A DNA stretch of 64,000 bases from Alloascoidea hylecoeti. Lineage: Eukaryota. Numbering within the stretch: the first letter of the stretch is position 1; every line of letters starts with the position of its first letter. The notes under the pieces are model-generated. The model saw only the letters and a list, made by a program, of their open reading frames with translations, was not told the DNA's origin and ran no database searches. The translations under genes and the position numbers were made by a program. The stretch lies in the NCBI GenBank assembly GCA_001600815.1, contig BCKZ01000007.1, positions 558,001 to 622,000 on the forward strand. Reading direction: 5' to 3'. Of the stretch, positions 36,450-49,189 are shown piece by piece.

Positions 36450-37787
36450 ATGAGTTTATATTATGAAGCAGTCAAATTTTTAGATATAAATCCAAAGAAG
36501 GGCTCCCTTCAATCCAGGATATTTGGATCAGAACTCAAATCGGATCCAAAACAGATGTTTGCTCTTGTTTCTTCAACTCTTAAATACAAAACTTACTTAA
36601 CCAAAATCATTAAAAACTCAGATCTTTTAAAAAATGAAAGAATGTTAAAACCAAATATGGCACTTCTTCTTGTACATGACCTACTCTTTACAAAAAGTAA
36701 AAGGATAAATATGGGTAAAACGCCGTTAAAAGAAGCCGTCCTAAGACATAAAACGAGGTTAAATGGTGAATTTATAAAACTAAAACTAAAATATAAAGTA
36801 CGAAGTTTCGATGAATTGATTGAAATTGATGGCCCCCCAATACGATGGTTTCGTATAAATACGATTAAAATCACCGTTGATAAAGCAATGGAAGATTTAA
36901 ACAAACAGTTTACAAAAATTGATAAAATTAATGATTTTAGTAAAGGTATCCCATTAGGGAAAATTTATCATGATAAACATATACCAAATCTTTTTGGTAT
37001 AAATCCAAATGAATCAATTACAAAAACTACTCTGTATAAACGAGGAGAAATAATCATTCAAGACCGTGCTTCATGTTTTCCTGCTCATATTTTAAATCCG
37101 AAGTCTGGTGATAAAGTAATTGATGCTTGTGCTGCACCAGGAAATAAAACAACTCATCTAGCTGCTCATGTTAATAATACACCTAGTTCTGTTTTTGCAT
37201 TTGAAAAGGATAAAGCTAGAAGTGATATTTTAAAGATGATGTCTAAAAAGGCGGGTGCTAGTAAATGTATTGAAGTGACAGTTGGCGATTTTACGCAAAG
37301 TAACCCTGATGATTATAATGAAGTTGTTGGGTTGGTGGTTGATCCATCATGTTCAGGGTCTGGAATCTTTGGTAGAGCATATGAAGAACAAGATGAGAGT
37401 AAAGCAGAAACTTATAGTAAAGAACGATTAGCAAAATTAGCTGGATTTCAGTTTTCTATAATGAAACATGCATTAAGTTTTCCAGCAGCTGAAAAAGTTG
37501 TTTATTCTACATGTTCTATTAGTGCTGAAGAAAATGAGCAGGTGGTTAGAAGACTATTAGAAGATCAGATGATTCAAGGTTTAGGGTGGAGATTAAGTGA
37601 AAAAGAAAATGTAATTCCTAGCTGGCATCGAAGAGGTTTTGTTAAGGAGTTTAAAGGACTTGATAATGATGCAAAACTAGCTGCTGGATGTATCAGAGCA
37701 TTACCAAAGGTTGATGGAGGAATCGGCTTTTTTGCTGCAGCATTTGAACGAGATGCTCCAGAGATAATCGATGATGTTATGAATTAA
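36450..37787 (+). CDS. RCM1: 25S rRNA m5C methyltransferase (NSUN5 family)
   Basis: MSLYYEA, RWFRINTIK, IIIQDRASCFPA, DACAAPGNKTTH, VDPSCSGSG, VYSTCS..EENE, GGIGFF. Confidence 0.93.
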   Translation: MSLYYEAVKFLDINPKKGSLQSRIFGSELKSDPKQMFALVSSTLKYKTYLTKIIKNSDLLKNERMLKPNMALLLVHDLLFTKSKRINMGKTPLKEAVLRHKTRLNGEFIKLKLKYKVRSFDELIEIDGPPIRWFRINTIKITVDKAMEDLNKQFTKIDKINDFSKGIPLGKIYHDKHIPNLFGINPNESITKTTLYKRGEIIIQDRASCFPAHILNPKSGDKVIDACAAPGNKTTHLAAHVNNTPSSVFAFEKDKARSDILKMMSKKAGASKCIEVTVGDFTQSNPDDYNEVVGLVVDPSCSGSGIFGRAYEEQDESKAETYSKERLAKLAGFQFSIMKHALSFPAAEKVVYSTCSISAEENEQVVRRLLEDQMIQGLGWRLSEKENVIPSWHRRGFVKEFKGLDNDAKLAAGCIRALPKVDGGIGFFAAAFERDAPEIIDDVMN

Positions 37788-37954
37788 GTTAATTGTATTA
37801 GATAGTAATTATAAATCTCTACGTGTACAGTTGATAAACATTGATGGATCGTTTATCTTAAGGGGTAAAAATAACACAGCTTTTATTTGTCAATCAATCA
37901 TTTCTAATAGTTTTTTTTTTATATAACTTCTAATGTTCATAAGTAACAGTGAAA

Positions 37955-39332
<1,378 letters not shown>

Positions 39333-39438
39333 TTTTAGAATGTCTAATTGATTTTTTGTTTTTTGTGGAGGAGGATTAAATCAGTATGCAGGAGAAAACT
39401 ATACTATGTCATATTTAATTATTTATAGTCATCGGAAT

Positions 39439-40332
39439 ATGGAAAAATGCCTGAAATTCATTGCTTCTCATGTTGAAGATGGCAGCCCAACAGATATAAA
39501 GCTAGATACTAGATACTAGATACAGGTACTGCCGATATGTTTAATAAGTTTGGGTTGGAATCTGCCACCAAAGACTTCATTGGCACATTCAAATGGTTTT
39601 ACTTAATTTCAGACATTCTGACTATAATTATCGGACCCTCGGATGGGCTATTACCGGTGTGACCCGTTCATATGCAGGGATAAAGAGCAACTTCGGGTGT
39701 CAAACCCGTCGGAAAATTAGTTGCGAGAGGGTCCGATAATTATAGTCAGAATGTAAATGGAAATCACTGTATAATTTATGGTGGATGGCAAAGCAGCTAG
39801 TGCTGGACCTGCTGGTATTAAATCTGGTTCTGAATATGCAGATTCTCCAATAATCATTGGTGATACAACTGATTTCCCCTATAAAGTCCAACAAACTGGT
39901 AAAAAAGGTAATTAAATCAATCTCTTTATTAAAAATTGTTATTAAAAATTGAAGGTTAGTAGGTTACTGATAATTTAGATTCTGCTCAAATTATCATTCC
40001 ACGAATCCATAGTCAATAGTTAATTAACCGTCTGTCTTCAAAATTTTTATTTAGCTATTTCTTAAACAATAATTGAAACAAATAAACCTGAAAAAGATTT
40101 AGAACTAGCTGTTAGATTAATTCTTGAATATGAAGACCTATTTACTGGTATTTATGATCTATTAGAACCAATTGAAGATAGTATAATAGATGATGTTTTT
40201 ATTTCAAAAAGTTATGATACCTCAAGTCATTTTGGATCAACTATTGATGATGTTAAGGATTTATATAAAAGAATATATAGGTATGAAGACCTTGTTTTAC
40301 TGAAGAGGGAAGGAGTTGAAGAAGAGGCTTGA
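39439..40332 (+). pseudogene. GDI1: 5'-truncated, decayed Rab GDP-dissociation inhibitor gene interrupted by a MITE
   Basis: Fragments EKCLKFIASHVEDGSPT, MFNKFGLESATKDFIG, IIGD..FPYKVQQTGKKVI, DSAQIIIP, TIIETNKPEKDLE, FTGIYDLLEPIED..DVFISKSYDTSSHFGSTIDDVKDLYKRI..DLVL..EEEA*; frameshifts, stops and deletions. Confidence 0.88.
39614..39753. mobile_element. 140-bp MITE with perfect 27-bp terminal inverted repeats (Tc1/mariner-like ends)
   Basis: CATTCTGACTATAATTATCGGACCCTC (39614-39640) and its exact reverse complement (39727-39753); TA follows the right end, GA precedes the left end. Confidence 0.85.
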
Positions 40333-41186
40333 TTTAAATAGTTAAAGTAAAAAGTACTGGTATTACATTCTATATGATTATAGTTACATCTAATTCATTG
40401 CAACTACAATATTATATTAATGATTATATTATCTTTTAATCATATATATAATAAATACTTTATGTTAGATAAACAGTTGGTTTGAAATACATGTTAATTT
40501 GTTTTTAATTTTAAAGGGCAACAAAACCTTTTTAAGTCTTATAATTAACTACTTTATATGATTAATCGATTGGTCTACGGTTTTAACCGCCATTATTAAC
40601 ATATCAATCAAGATAATGAGATTATTTTTGGTTTTAATACGTAATAATAATACAGTGATCCGTAAATAGGTAGTAATACTATAGCTAGGTATAGCTCTAA
40701 AGATAATAAAAAAAATTATAATTGTACATTCTATATATGATAGTACATATACTACTAAGAATATTTAGCAGTACACAATAGAAGGAATTAGAATACCATA
40801 ACATTGATGCCCAGTTACATTCGTTCGTTTACTATCACATACTCTACGACCACCTAACAAATCAGCACATGTTCAAAATATACTGAAATTTTCAATATAA
40901 TTAGGAATATGCAATCGATGTAATGGAATATCAATGAAGTTCAAGATTGCTATTTTACATGTAATTGCTATAAACTCGATTATAATTATGGATATGGGTA
41001 GTGTTACTTGGCGTTAAAATTTCAACAATTATTATTTTTTATACCTTCTTGAGATTATGCATACAGGCATGGTATTTATGATGATGAGGAATTCTTTCAC
41101 TCGAGCTCCTTTTCTTTACTATTATTGCCAGTAATCAATACTATAATAAATATATCATATAACTATAAAAACCTCATTTGATTTCA

Positions 41187-41865
41187 GTGATTGATCAAGA
41201 TAAGAAGGCCGGACAAGGTTCAACACAACATACTAGAGGCAGTTTGAAAAAGTCAGCTACTGATGTTTTCAAATCAATTGTGAATTTTAAAAAAATCGAA
41301 ACAACTGACCGCTAGACAAAAACACCAGCCACTCTGAAGAAAAGTTAACATATCAAAATTCAAAAGCAGTTTTCACAATGATAGCAACAGTGTTGATTCA
41401 AAATGATCCAAAACAACCAAAAAAAAAAGGTCGAATCCTATAGTTTGTGATATAAAATTTACCCGTTGTGTTCACCCAATTAGTTTTCAAAAAGGAAGTA
41501 TTCTTACAATAGATCCTGTGGTACATTCAGCTTCAGTTAAAACTAATGCCGATAACAATTCATTAGCACTCCATGTAATTCAGCTAGAATATAAATTAAG
41601 AGACTCATCTTCTGATTATTTTAAATTACCTGACTCTTTAAATATGGATGAAGATTATGTGTATCAAAGATACACGATTACCAGAGCTAAAGACATTAAA
41701 AGAACTTATTTTATAGAAGATTATGAACAACATTCGTCAGTAAATTTTGGTTTAATTTTTGAAACGGAAGAGAACAAAAGATTGTTTAAATAAAATTATA
41801 GAAAGGAACAACTTTACAATGAAAATCGACGTAGAGGTACAATCTCTGAAAATTGGTTTTTTTGA
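41187..41865 (+). pseudogene. Degenerate coding-like segment of unknown family
   Basis: Long codon-like stretches (VIDQDKKAGQGST...; NPIVCDIKFTRCVHP...KRLFK*NYRKEQLY...WFF*) broken by single stops and A-run frameshifts. Confidence 0.35.
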
Positions 41866-42458
41866 TCCTGCAGCTGTGGTGTACCGGTATAAGCCCTGAA
41901 TTCATGAATAGACATGTCTCTAATTTAATATACCGTATTAAATGGAATTCAATTTCTACACACTATCGATATCTCAAAACTGATTCTTCATTCCACAGTA
42001 AAATGAACAGTAAAAATAGCACCTTTTTCAGGCATAGAACCAATTTATACCGGTATACAATGTATTTTAATTATGGGTGAAAATTGCACAGTCCCTGGAA
42101 AAAGTAGCACGGTCCGTAGATTAACCCTTTACGTACAGTACCAAATATCAGAGCTTTCCACTCCGGACAGAAGACAAAAAAAAATTATAGTCATCGGAAT
42201 AGGAGAAAATACTTGAATTTGTCAGACCTTTTTTACAAGGCAGCATGCTGCCTATAAGTGGATATGCAACTAATCGAAATACATACAAATATGGGTAACG
42301 AATTCTCTTTACTTATAACTGTCGCTTTATCCAAATGAAATTTATCATACAGTCACGTGAATACATGTCACATGACCACAAAATCATCGACCAATTAGAC
42401 TCTTCTTTTTTTCATTACTCCCATACAATTCAGTTACATTTTACCCTTCAATACAAAA

Positions 42459-42703
42459 ATGGCTGAACAACCGTTAAAAGACCCATGGGCAAGAAGGTAC
42501 TTATGATTACAAACAATTAAAGCAAAAGATAGTAATATAGGCTAATAAATTATTCATATAGAGAAGCTTGGAGATACAGAGGTCCTTTCACTAGATGGAA
42601 CCGTTTCAGCACTGCTCTCCCAGGTTTCGGCATTGCAACTGGTTTATTCATTACATATTGCGTTGCTGAAAAATTCCTTTTCAAGAAAGAAGGTCATCAT
42701 TAA
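42459..42703 (+). CDS. NADH:ubiquinone oxidoreductase B12 subunit (NDUFB3/NB2M); exons 42459-42496 and 42562-42703
   Basis: Spliced MAEQPLKDPWARREAWRYRGPFTRWNRFSTALPGFGIATGLFITYCVAEKFLFKKEGHH*; not in ORF track. Confidence 0.93.
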
Positions 42704-43394
42704 GTTTTGTCAATAAATTTCATTTCCAAAACAACAGTTACGAATATTAAATACATGTTTAGTCGATGTCTGAAAGTATAATACTATGATTTATAGGATA
42801 GGAGATAACATATTAATGCATTAGATTCTTTTTACCTTTTTAATGAGATTTGAAAATACTTACTTACACTCTAATATACGAAATATAGTTTATTTACGAT
42901 TCATTATTAAACAAGCATCAAAAGAGCAATTCTTTATTCTTTATCAAAATTCAGTTAATTGAGTTTATATTATATTGATGGACATATCGAAATATAACAT
43001 ATATGACGGACATAATAAACTAATTAATCGTTTGCTGAAACCTTTAAACGTAATAGGATCTATTTTTCCTCGTCATTAATATTTTTTTGTTAAATATTAA
43101 TTTTGATTGAGGAGGTAGAAACTATATTTTGTATTAATCTTCAGAATTCAAATGAGATACGCTATCTGCTTTTATTCTCGAAACTTAAGTAGCACTGTAC
43201 TATATTTTCACTCAAGCTCTGTTGGATAGTGTGAGTTAATAACAATCTTAGCATCTTTTATTGCCAATAATTTCTAATTTCGTCAATTAACACAATAGCT
43301 TTTGGTACTCTTTGCTTATCTATATCTGACACATTTAATTCTAACAACATTAAAAAGCTTAATAAGTTAACGAATTTTCCATCTTCCAGTAAAT

Positions 43395-43444
43395 TGAAAA
43401 TTTAAAGCGCTTAAGAAATATATATAAATTAAATATCACGTGAC
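43395..43444. promoter_or_regulatory. RRPE-like element and E-box upstream of UTP25
   Basis: TGAAAATTT at 43395; TCACGTGAC at 43436. Confidence 0.5.
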
Positions 43445-43517
43445 ATAATCTTTTTTCGATCTAGAAAATGGAAATTTATTTTTTCTTAATGGTTTAAATT
43501 TTTTAAAGCTTTTTACA

Positions 43518-45701
43518 ATGCCAGTACGTAGCAAACCACACTCTTCATATGAGCAGAGTGCTAGTAATGGACCTACAAATAAGAGACAGAAAACTAAATT
43601 TGGTAGACGAGACCTCAGACAAGTTCAATATAAGGGCCCAAAGTCTGAGCATGATGAGACAATAAATAACGAGGATGCCGCAGAGGAAGCTGAGGGTAAC
43701 AGCGATAGTGATAACGAGGATGAGGATGATGATGACGATGATGATTTAACAAACAGAAAATCATATGATGTGTTGGTGACGTTGTTGAAGTCCGAACATA
43801 GGAAGAAAAAAGTTCCTAAGGGCATAGCATCTAAAAAAACTACTGAGGTAGAAATTGCAAACGAAGACGACGAAGAAGACGACGAAGAAGACGTTGAAAA
43901 TAAAGAAAATGAAAACAATTCTGAAAATGAAGATTCGGTTGGCATTAAGAATGGATCCGCTGATGATGATGAAGATGATGATGATGGTAATAAACAAGAT
44001 CCATTTATGTCTCATTCTACTATTCCAGATGAAAAGTTTGTTAATGCTTCAGTTATAAATCTTGAGACTGCAACCAAAAAGTGGACATTATCTAGGCAAC
44101 CAAACAAAGCTTTGAAAGGATCTATTATTACATATTCATCTCCTATTAGTCTTGAATCTTCTGTCAGTGACAATAATCATGAAGGATCACTTTCGAAATA
44201 TAAGGTTAAATCAAAGCTGAAAACCTGTTTTGAGAAAAATTATACTAAATTAACCCCTTTACAAAAACAACTTGTAGATCCACTATTTCAATATAAAGAT
44301 ATGTTATATCCAATACAGACAATGAGCACAGAGGATGAATATAGAGATCTTTATCTATTGCATATTCTAAATCATATTACCAAAACACGGGACCTAGTTT
44401 TGAAAAACAATGCTAAAAAAGCTGTTACACCAGACATTGATCCTGATTCTCTAATTCGTGATCATGGATTTACAAGACCCAAGTGTCTTATCTTATTACC
44501 AAGTCGTAATGCATGCTATGAATTAGTGAACAAACTGGCTAAGTTATCTGGGTGTCAACAGGAAGAAAATAAGAAGAAATTTAAAGCTCAGTTTTTCGAG
44601 GATTCACAACCACCAGAAAATAAACCAGACGATTTTAGACATACATTCAAAGGGAATGTAAACGATATGTTTGTAATGGGTGTTAAATTCACCAGAACTG
44701 CTTTGAAACTTTATTCATCTTTTTATAAAAGTGACTTAATAATTGCATCCCCATTAGGGCTTCTGTTGATTGCAAATAGTGATGATAAAAAGAAAAGAGA
44801 TTTTAATTTCTTAAGTTCTATTGAAATCACAATTATTGACCAAATTAATTTTATTCAAATGCAAAAATGGGAAAATTTATGGCAACTAATGCCATTTTTA
44901 AATAAAACACCAACTAATTTTGAATCTGATTTAGATATCTCAAGAGTAAAAATGTTCATAATCGATAAACAAGCTCGTTTCTTAAGACAAACATTGATTT
45001 TTGGAGAATTTTTAACACCTGAAATTAATTCATTATTCAATAAACATTGTAACAACGTTTTTGGTAAAGTCAAGTTATTGCAGGATAAAATCAATGATTC
45101 AGATTCAATTCTAAGTAACATTTATGGAATTAATAAAGTTCGTCATCTTTTTTCTAGGTTTGATGCAAATATACCTACTACGGATCCTGAAAGGAGATTT
45201 AATCTATTTACATCAACTATCTTGTCACTAATAAAACGACAGGTGAATACTGGTGGTGTTTTATTATTCATTCCATCATTTGCTGATTACTTGAAAGTTA
45301 AGAATTATTTGAAGCAGTCAACTTCACTTTCTTTTGAAGCTATTGACGAATACACTTCTGTATCAGATATGACCAGGGGTCGATCTTATTTTAGTACAGG
45401 GAAAACACCATTACTTTTATATACAGAGCGTTTACATTTTTATAGACGTTTTGTTATCAAAGGTGTTAAATCAGTTATTATATATCAATTACCTACACAT
45501 CCTAACTTTTATCAAGAGATTGTTGAATTTGCCTCCATGAATAAGCAAATTGATGATTCCGAAGAAACAAGTGCCACTAGTCTTTGCAAAATTAATTGTT
45601 ATTATTCAAAATGGGATGCATTACGTCTAGAAAGGATTGTTGGGAGTCGAAGAGCTGCTGTACTAACTCAAGGTCCACAAGATGTTTATGAGTTTAAATG
45701 A
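43518..45701 (+). CDS. UTP25: SSU processome factor Utp25 (DUF1253)
   Basis: Acidic N-terminus; LHILNHI.KTRD.VLKNN, RDHGFTRPK, FKGNVNDMF, SDLIIASPLGL, FLSSIE, LLYTERLHFYRR, LERIVG. Confidence 0.95.
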   Translation: MPVRSKPHSSYEQSASNGPTNKRQKTKFGRRDLRQVQYKGPKSEHDETINNEDAAEEAEGNSDSDNEDEDDDDDDDLTNRKSYDVLVTLLKSEHRKKKVPKGIASKKTTEVEIANEDDEEDDEEDVENKENENNSENEDSVGIKNGSADDDEDDDDGNKQDPFMSHSTIPDEKFVNASVINLETATKKWTLSRQPNKALKGSIITYSSPISLESSVSDNNHEGSLSKYKVKSKLKTCFEKNYTKLTPLQKQLVDPLFQYKDMLYPIQTMSTEDEYRDLYLLHILNHITKTRDLVLKNNAKKAVTPDIDPDSLIRDHGFTRPKCLILLPSRNACYELVNKLAKLSGCQQEENKKKFKAQFFEDSQPPENKPDDFRHTFKGNVNDMFVMGVKFTRTALKLYSSFYKSDLIIASPLGLLLIANSDDKKKRDFNFLSSIEITIIDQINFIQMQKWENLWQLMPFLNKTPTNFESDLDISRVKMFIIDKQARFLRQTLIFGEFLTPEINSLFNKHCNNVFGKVKLLQDKINDSDSILSNIYGINKVRHLFSRFDANIPTTDPERRFNLFTSTILSLIKRQVNTGGVLLFIPSFADYLKVKNYLKQSTSLSFEAIDEYTSVSDMTRGRSYFSTGKTPLLLYTERLHFYRRFVIKGVKSVIIYQLPTHPNFYQEIVEFASMNKQIDDSEETSATSLCKINCYYSKWDALRLERIVGSRRAAVLTQGPQDVYEFK

Positions 45702-45829
45702 ATAAATATATATAGTAGCATTAGATTAGATATTAATCTTCAATAAAAAAGCAAAGGTCTTAATAGCAGTTATTATGGTAAGAATAATTATAGTCACGAT
45801 TTATAATTGTAATAAATATGAATTTCTCT

Positions 45830-46181
45830 TTAAGCTGATAATTGCCTTATTGTCATAATGATACAGCAGATTGAAACATAAGGACTTAATCTTTCACCAA
45901 TTCTTGCAGACTTCCAGGCAATCCCAAGTACTCTATGTCATAGTTAGTATTTTTGGGATTATATATTAAGTATGGATATCATTTTAACATACCCTGACTT
46001 GTTTCTTTCGACAATACCAGGCATCACAGAGTGAACGTATGTGCTTGTGCAAATAAATAGCAATATCACTAGCAGCAGTGAGTTAAAACTGAATAGGGCA
46101 GACTAGAGCATATGAAAAGAGTCCTAAATGTTAGGAAGAGTACAGAAATACAGTTGCTTTATTTGAAATCTAGCGTACCAT
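45830..46181 (-). CDS. KSH1: Protein Kish; exons 46181-46179 (ATG only), 46102-45993, 45932-45830
   Basis: Spliced MSALFSFNSLLLVILLFICTSTYVHSVMPGIVERNKSGVLGIAWKSARIGERLSPYVSICCIIMTIRQLSA*; not in ORF track. Confidence 0.93.
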
Positions 46182-46543
46182 TATATTTTAAGACTATATC
46201 TTATAATTATAGAGTTGAAAGGGTTGAAGTTGAGATTTAACTGTTAGCAGTCATTTACCCGGCCATAGTAGATACTTTGATTCTTACTCTGTTTGGGGGT
46301 AAAATCAGAGTTTTATTGTATATAAAAATATTCTAATGAGTATCAAGTAAGTTGTATAAATGTCGTTTACAGTAAGCTGTTAAGGTGAATTGTCTTAGGT
46401 TATATGTTTACAGCTTAAAAGCTTTTGTAATGGTCAAGTGGATGGTTAGACTGTTTTAGTAGTGTGCGAAAATTAATATTTTTCACTCCCAACCTTTATT
46501 ATCAACTTTCCACCATCAATCACCAATCCAATACATACACATA

Positions 46544-47409
46544 ATGAGTCGACTCTATAGAAAGCCCGGCGAAGTATTGGAAACGGTTTCTTCCTATCTC
46601 AAAACAGGTCTCTTAACTAAAGAACCTAGATGGCTTCGTATTGTCGGATCCCACCCACCTGTAAAAGATTTAAGCTTTCGTCCAAAAACCAGAGAATTCA
46701 TTCAAAATGACTCCCATATATCAAAAAAGGATATCAAAGCAAATGGCATCTACAAAACCAAGGTTAAAAAGGGAGCCAATGGAAACAAAAATTTATTTCG
46801 ACCCAAAAATATTGTATATCGAGAAGTTGATATTAGAAAACTATTTTTTGAACAACATCCTTGGGAATTAGCAAGACCTCGAATTGTTGTTGAAAATTCC
46901 GGTAATGATACTAAAAACTATGATTGGTCTCGAATTCAGCAGTTCGGTAAATCTTTAGATGGTGAAAAGTAGGTGAATATTTATATGATAATTTCTATTT
47001 GAGTTGAGAACTAACTATGGTTATTATATTTAGTGTTGTTCAAAGAACATTATGGCTACTTGATAATAAAAAACAACCAAATGGAGCGCCTAATACACTT
47101 ATTAAAGCCTATGATCAAGCTCGTTTTGAATTTTACCGTTTAAGAATAAAAGAAGAAACAGAGAACCAAGTCACACTGGAAGAATCGACAATGTATGCTT
47201 CTGTTTTCGGAGAATCACCACTTGAAATCGGTCTTAATAAGGAGGAAGAATTCATTAAAAAATGGAAGACGGAAGTAGCTGCTGCTTCTAAACTTGTCAA
47301 TGCTTCTGGATCCCTTAAAACTGGATCTATTGCAGTTGAGACTGAAACAGATAATGAGGTGAGTGACAAAGCATCGAAGGATTCAGCAGATACACCATTC
47401 AATGTATAA
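46544..47409 (+). CDS. RSM25: Mitochondrial small ribosomal subunit protein mS23; exons 46544-46968 and 47034-47409
   Basis: EPRWLRIVGSHPP, FFEQHPWELARPR, spliced LDGENVVQRTLWLL, AYDQARFEFYRLR. Confidence 0.92.
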
Positions 47410-47587
47410 ACATCAACAGTCTAATTGTATATAGATATTATAAATTTGATAATTATAAATTTGATAAATTTCACGTAAATATTGTGTTTGTGTGTGTGCA
47501 CAACTGGCGAACGTCCATTTCACTTACACCACACATCGCCCAACCTAACCTCCATCACTTTTAAACTTGCCTGGCAAATGTAATGGA

Positions 47588-48898
47588 ATGGATCTCAGCC
47601 TTATTATACGCAACGTTGTTTCATTCTCCTCGCTATTTCTGGTGATTCTGGCCATACCGCTGGCGTTTGATGTCGGCGGAAACGACTGCGGGCTGGCTTT
47701 TTCCTTGATTTTGATGGTATATATTTTGATGCTTGGAATACTGCGTTTCTTTTCTTTTCGCTTCAAGCGACAGTTGGAGGTTGAAGGTGAAAGAACAGAG
47801 AATAAATATATGAAAAGGCTGTTTATTTGGTTAGTGAGGCTGATTTTTTACACACAACAGATCACGGTCCCTATTCTATTGATTGTCCTTCTTAATGTCT
47901 TTTCTTCCCCTATAAAGGTAACCGGGTGGCCTAGCGATATTATCTATTGGTGGGGATTTCTGATCGGAGAGTCCACTCCTATTTTTACACTATTGGATGG
48001 ATTTTGTTCTTTGTTGTGTATTCAAACTGCTGGGTATCTTGCAAGTAAATGGAGAAATAAAAATGAAGCTTGGGGTATTGCAGGTTTATTAGTCAGTGGT
48101 CTCCTTTATAGCGGTGGTGTTTGGTCACTTTACAGAGTCTTCACTGTAGAGGATGGAGATGAATATGGAGGAATTAGTGTTCCTGAAGCTTCTTTACTTG
48201 GATCGATACTTACAATTACAGTAATTGTCGGGTTATTTGGAATTATGTCCGAGAAAACAACAGTTCTTGAATCATCATTGTTATTTGTTTACATTGTTCA
48301 TTGTCTTTATGAAACATTTCCTCAATTATCATCTAGTTCATCGCGAGTTATTAGAGAGCTTATATCTGAGTGTGCTGATTCAGTTCGAAACAGGATACCA
48401 AATTTGGAATATGAAACACCATTTAATAACGTGGTTCTTCCTATTAGCTCTGGATTACATGCTTTGGTCAGTTTTTGTGTAGCCATTGTGGTTACTACAA
48501 GCCCCAATGTAATATTAAGTTTCGCTTATAGGATAGGGGTTTTTTATTGCAGTGCGAGAATTATACCGTCTATAAAACGTCATTCTAAAAGGAGTTATCA
48601 GTATATCAACGAAAAGGGAAAATGGGAAAAGAGGAGAGAAGTTATAACCCCTAATGCATCCACTGATAGAATGTTGGAACTTTTTGCACCTGCTATAATA
48701 ACAGTAATCTATACCCATATTATGATGCAACATTCTGGTCTTATATCCCAATCCTTTACATTTCTTCCTTGGGATGTTGATGTGAGGCCCAGACAGTTCT
48801 GGAATTGGATAAATATGTTTTTCACTGTTGTGTTGTATGGAGTTGAGATGGGGTCTGGAGATGTTGTTGGTCGGAGAGGACGTAGGACGTGGATATAG
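47588..48898 (+). CDS. ICE2: ER membrane protein Ice2
   Basis: ILAIPLAFDVGGNDCGLAFSL, STPIFTLLDGFCSLLCIQ, LESSLLFVYIVHCLY, YRIGVFYCSARIIP, QFWNWIN. Confidence 0.92.
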   Translation: MDLSLIIRNVVSFSSLFLVILAIPLAFDVGGNDCGLAFSLILMVYILMLGILRFFSFRFKRQLEVEGERTENKYMKRLFIWLVRLIFYTQQITVPILLIVLLNVFSSPIKVTGWPSDIIYWWGFLIGESTPIFTLLDGFCSLLCIQTAGYLASKWRNKNEAWGIAGLLVSGLLYSGGVWSLYRVFTVEDGDEYGGISVPEASLLGSILTITVIVGLFGIMSEKTTVLESSLLFVYIVHCLYETFPQLSSSSSRVIRELISECADSVRNRIPNLEYETPFNNVVLPISSGLHALVSFCVAIVVTTSPNVILSFAYRIGVFYCSARIIPSIKRHSKRSYQYINEKGKWEKRREVITPNASTDRMLELFAPAIITVIYTHIMMQHSGLISQSFTFLPWDVDVRPRQFWNWINMFFTVVLYGVEMGSGDVVGRRGRRTWI

Positions 48899-49189
48899 CA
48901 AATTCTAAGGATACATCTCGTTCTCGCGGCATATGGCTACAATCTGTTTAAGTGCTCGTGTTATAAGCAATTTGATGGTTTTTAGTGTTGCAAATGGTTT
49001 CTGGTAGTTTAATTTATTATTTGAAATTTGAATATATTGCATTTTTTTTTTACCATATATGATCAAAAGACTTATATCATTGTATATAAGGTAAGTTGTG
49101 TATCAACCGCGAGTTCAGAATAAAAAATATATCTCGAGGTTTCATAGCCTGTAAAACTTGACTTTTTAAAATATCCAACTCCATAGCAA

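Noticed and set aside
42121..42130. TTAACCCTTT resembling a piggyBac end
   Set aside because: No matching inverted partner end found in the window
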